Origin: Ramazzottius varieornatus
Taxonomy: Eukaryota; Animalia; Tardigrada
NCBI GenBank assembly: GCA_001949185.1
Contig: BDGG01000001.1
Coordinates: 7,030,325 to 7,094,324, forward strand
Reading direction: 5' to 3'
Length of the DNA: 64,000 nt
The notes under the pieces are model-generated. The model had not been told where the DNA came from and did no database searches. It worked only from the letters and a program-made list of their open reading frames with translations. Positions 51,831 through 64,000 of the stretch are shown piece after piece (position 1 is the stretch's first letter; each line of letters begins with the position of its first letter). A program made the translations under genes and the position numbers.

Positions 51831-54827
51831 ATGAGTCAGGCTTACTTATTTATCGTGTGAGTTCTCTGCAGAATTTTACGAGCAATTGAAGGCAAGCAGC
51901 AGCAGAAACATCATTCGGAAGAAAACTTTGGTACCTTCAAAAGAAGTCGGAACTTGACTCGGAAGGGCAAGGTAACGTCGATGACCTGTAGGTGGCGCTG
52001 CGGCGGACCGGAAGTCGATGCGATTTACTGTAAGCAAAAGTTCCCGAGTTCTTCCGACTTCCATAGAGCACCATAGGAGGAGTAATTAAGCAATCTACAG
52101 TGAATCTGTATAAACTGAGAGCTTTAGAGAAGATTACTACCGAAACCATGCGAATTCGAGGACTTGAACGTATTCGTGTGGGTTTGCATTAGTCTCATTT
52201 TGGTGATGTTCTTGTGGCATTGGATGCAGGAACCTGCTGGCGGAATTTGATGCGTAAAGTGGGAGATCGACAGCTCACGGAAGAGTATATTTGGCTTGAG
52301 CTACAAAGTTGCCGATGGACTAATACGTGAGATTCCAAGGTCGGTAAATTAGTTAAGTAGCCCAAGCGTAGAAGCTTTATTACGTAGCCGCTTTATCTCC
52401 ACTTTTGCCGTCGTTCATTGTAGAGCTGGTCTTTACCTGCTGCAGCAGCACACCTGTCATTCCGCAGACGATGGCCGTATCTCCAGCTGTTAACAAGAGG
52501 TACAATATGCTGGTCAAATACCACTATCAGCATTCTGTCGATTATGTATTTCAGTGGGATTGGAGCTCGTTGAGAAAGCCAAGTAGGACCTACAACACTA
52601 AGCTTGGGCATCGGAGTAGGCGAAAACAAGGTACGTCAATCGACCTGATACCATTGAGCCGTAAATTTTAAAGGCTTTCGCGGCTAGTCTACCATCATCA
52701 TCAGTGGTATGTACTGTCCGTGTCTTGTCGCTTTTATTTAAGCAACGAATAGCCTCAGCGCTGAAGGTTAGGTGATCCTTGTAGGGTACACTTGATCAGC
52801 AGGTTAATTGTTGCGGTGTTGGCAGAATTTTTTTTCTGCACCGATATCTCTTCTTCCTTGTTCCCAACTGCCTCGTATGGCTCCTGAGTGGTGTTTTGTT
52901 TGAGGTGAAATCCAGTGAAGTCTGGGAGGCTATTGACCAATTAATCGGGGCTAACAAGGGAGGAGGTGGTTATGGGGGATTAATAGTGTGCCTGACCTGA
53001 TCTCTCATCTGATGCACGATACCGGTCGCAAACAGGTATATTGTGTTGGAGATGTAAATGGACGAGATGATTGACCATCGATTGAGTTGTGGTTTTATGT
53101 AGTTGGATTGAAAGTGACGCGCTAATATTTCTGACGTTGGTGATTACATGAGTCCAGTTCCTTATGTGTGCACCTGTGTCAATCTGTCATCTTATTAACA
53201 ACGGACTTGCGCCGTGACTTTGTTCCGTACAAGCTCAACTTATGCACCGCCTTATTGCAGGGATTCTGTTGACTTGGAGGAACCTCTATTTTCCCACGGA
53301 ACTGTGGATGAAAATTTTGCCGATGGAATAACCGGATTTCTTTTCTTTCCTTCAAAGAAGATGAATAATCGAGGTAACTTTTTTCAGAATAATTTTAATG
53401 ATTTTGAGAGATAAGAAGAAGACACAGTTGAGGAGAAAAGGTAATAAGAATCAGGTTTTGTAGTTTTTGATGGAAATCGGAAAGCTTCTGGCAGAATCTT
53501 CCGGTTTTATTGTTAGGGTGGATTATCATAAGAAGCTGAGAGATAAAACTATCTGAATCTTCATCATTCTTTATTGCGCTGAACAAGGGTTGAGATCGCA
53601 GTAGGTGGTGCGTTAAATGGTCGTTTAAAGAAGCGCCTTGAGGAAGGTTGGCTCGTTAGATGAGTGATGTTATGATCTGTTTTAGGAGGTGTCCTTCACT
53701 GTTGTGACAGATCGAGATACACAGTCGCGACATGTCCATCCGCTGTCCGCTTGTGCATTATCAATATTGTTGTTTTCAAGTGGCGAGACCTTCTCCGGAG
53801 TGCAATTTCAAACTTTTGAATATCATTCGCATTCAAAAACATAGCACAATATGTACGGAAATAGGTTTTTTCGATGATGGGCGTTCGTTGATTTTTTCAG
53901 GGTGGTTTCTTCAATCGACTTTTTTATTAATCATAAATTTTTCATGATGTTAGATATGTCAAAGAAGGTTTGCGATAGCGGAACGAGGTGCAAGTATACT
54001 CGTAAAACTGCCACCTTATGCCTGTGATAATGGCTGGAAATGGTGACGATTATTGACCGTGTCGAATCGGACGGGTCAGCTTCTACACAGTACGTGTCTT
54101 TTACCTAATTGCTCATCGCGCACGTTCAAAGCACAGACAACAACGCTTACCAAAGATTCCCTGTGGTCGTTTCAATGAAAATTTTATCGTGATATAAAGT
54201 CTGGAATATTCGAACGGATTTTCCGATAAAAGCGAAGCTGACCGAAACGATGTGTTTGCGAACTACCGGGTAGGTCGCTACCGCTCGTATGAGGATCAGA
54301 CTATTTCAAGACAGAGCAAACTTATGACAGGTGTCAGTAAATATTGTGAGGAAGCCTTTTGTTGAGATTTTTTGATTGTCACAAAAATGCTGAAAACGCG
54401 GTTATCATTGTCTAAAGACAAATAGTACATTTGATATTCCAGCGCTTCAAGTGGCGTTTTTGAGATGATGAGCAGCCACTGTTGTACTCGAGCTTCTGTA
54501 ATTGCAAACGAATCCGGTACATTTCAAGGTCCTCACCAATGCCTTTTCATACTCTCCGAAATTCCTAATTATGATATTTTGTAGTTCCTGATTTTTTTTC
54601 GAAGTTTGCTGTGTTCGAAAGGCGGTGAACTATGCTGTTCACGCACCAGCATACAAGAACCCATGTCGGCAAAAAACTTGTGTGTATGTGGGTGCTGATT
54701 GATTTCGCTGGTTTTCCGGTTTTTTCCTTTTTCCTTTTTCCTTTTTGGTTGGTAACGATGTGCTCCGTTTTTCAGTTCGATGAAATTGGTTTGGAATAAA
54801 CGAGACTGAAGATCTAGAGCCGCCAAA

Positions 54828-64000
<9,173 letters not shown>

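Overview
Eukaryotic animal DNA with compact genes and short spliceosomal introns (mostly 55-100 bp). A tardigrade-like ecdysozoan is plausible but is inference only. Host genes in order: 3' part of a serotonin transporter (SLC6A4-like, +), cysteine string protein (-), a 600-N assembly gap, a small orphan spliced ORF, CFAP36, a GT31 galactosyltransferase-like gene with degenerate catalytic motifs, a multi-PH-domain gene, a second divergent cysteine string protein (+), a class A GPCR (-), TRPA1-like channel, TCTP and myosin VII (runs off the window). The intergenic blocks (12.5-19.9 kb, 25.4-38.9 kb, 44.9-49.4 kb) hold many DNA transposon remnants whose TIRs and TSDs are readable by eye: hAT MITEs with 8-bp TSDs, piggyBac-like MITEs, mariner, an intron-containing pogo, a Harbinger and a CRE-like retrotransposon fragment. 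The most unusual signal is a family of at least 16 fold-back elements, core CAAGTGGCGCAC-N24/25-GTGCGCCACTTG. Fifteen lie in introns of five genes, and no complete copy was seen in the transposon-rich intergenic DNA. Spacer length is almost invariant although spacer sequence is highly diverged. All coordinates were read manually and may be off by a few bases.
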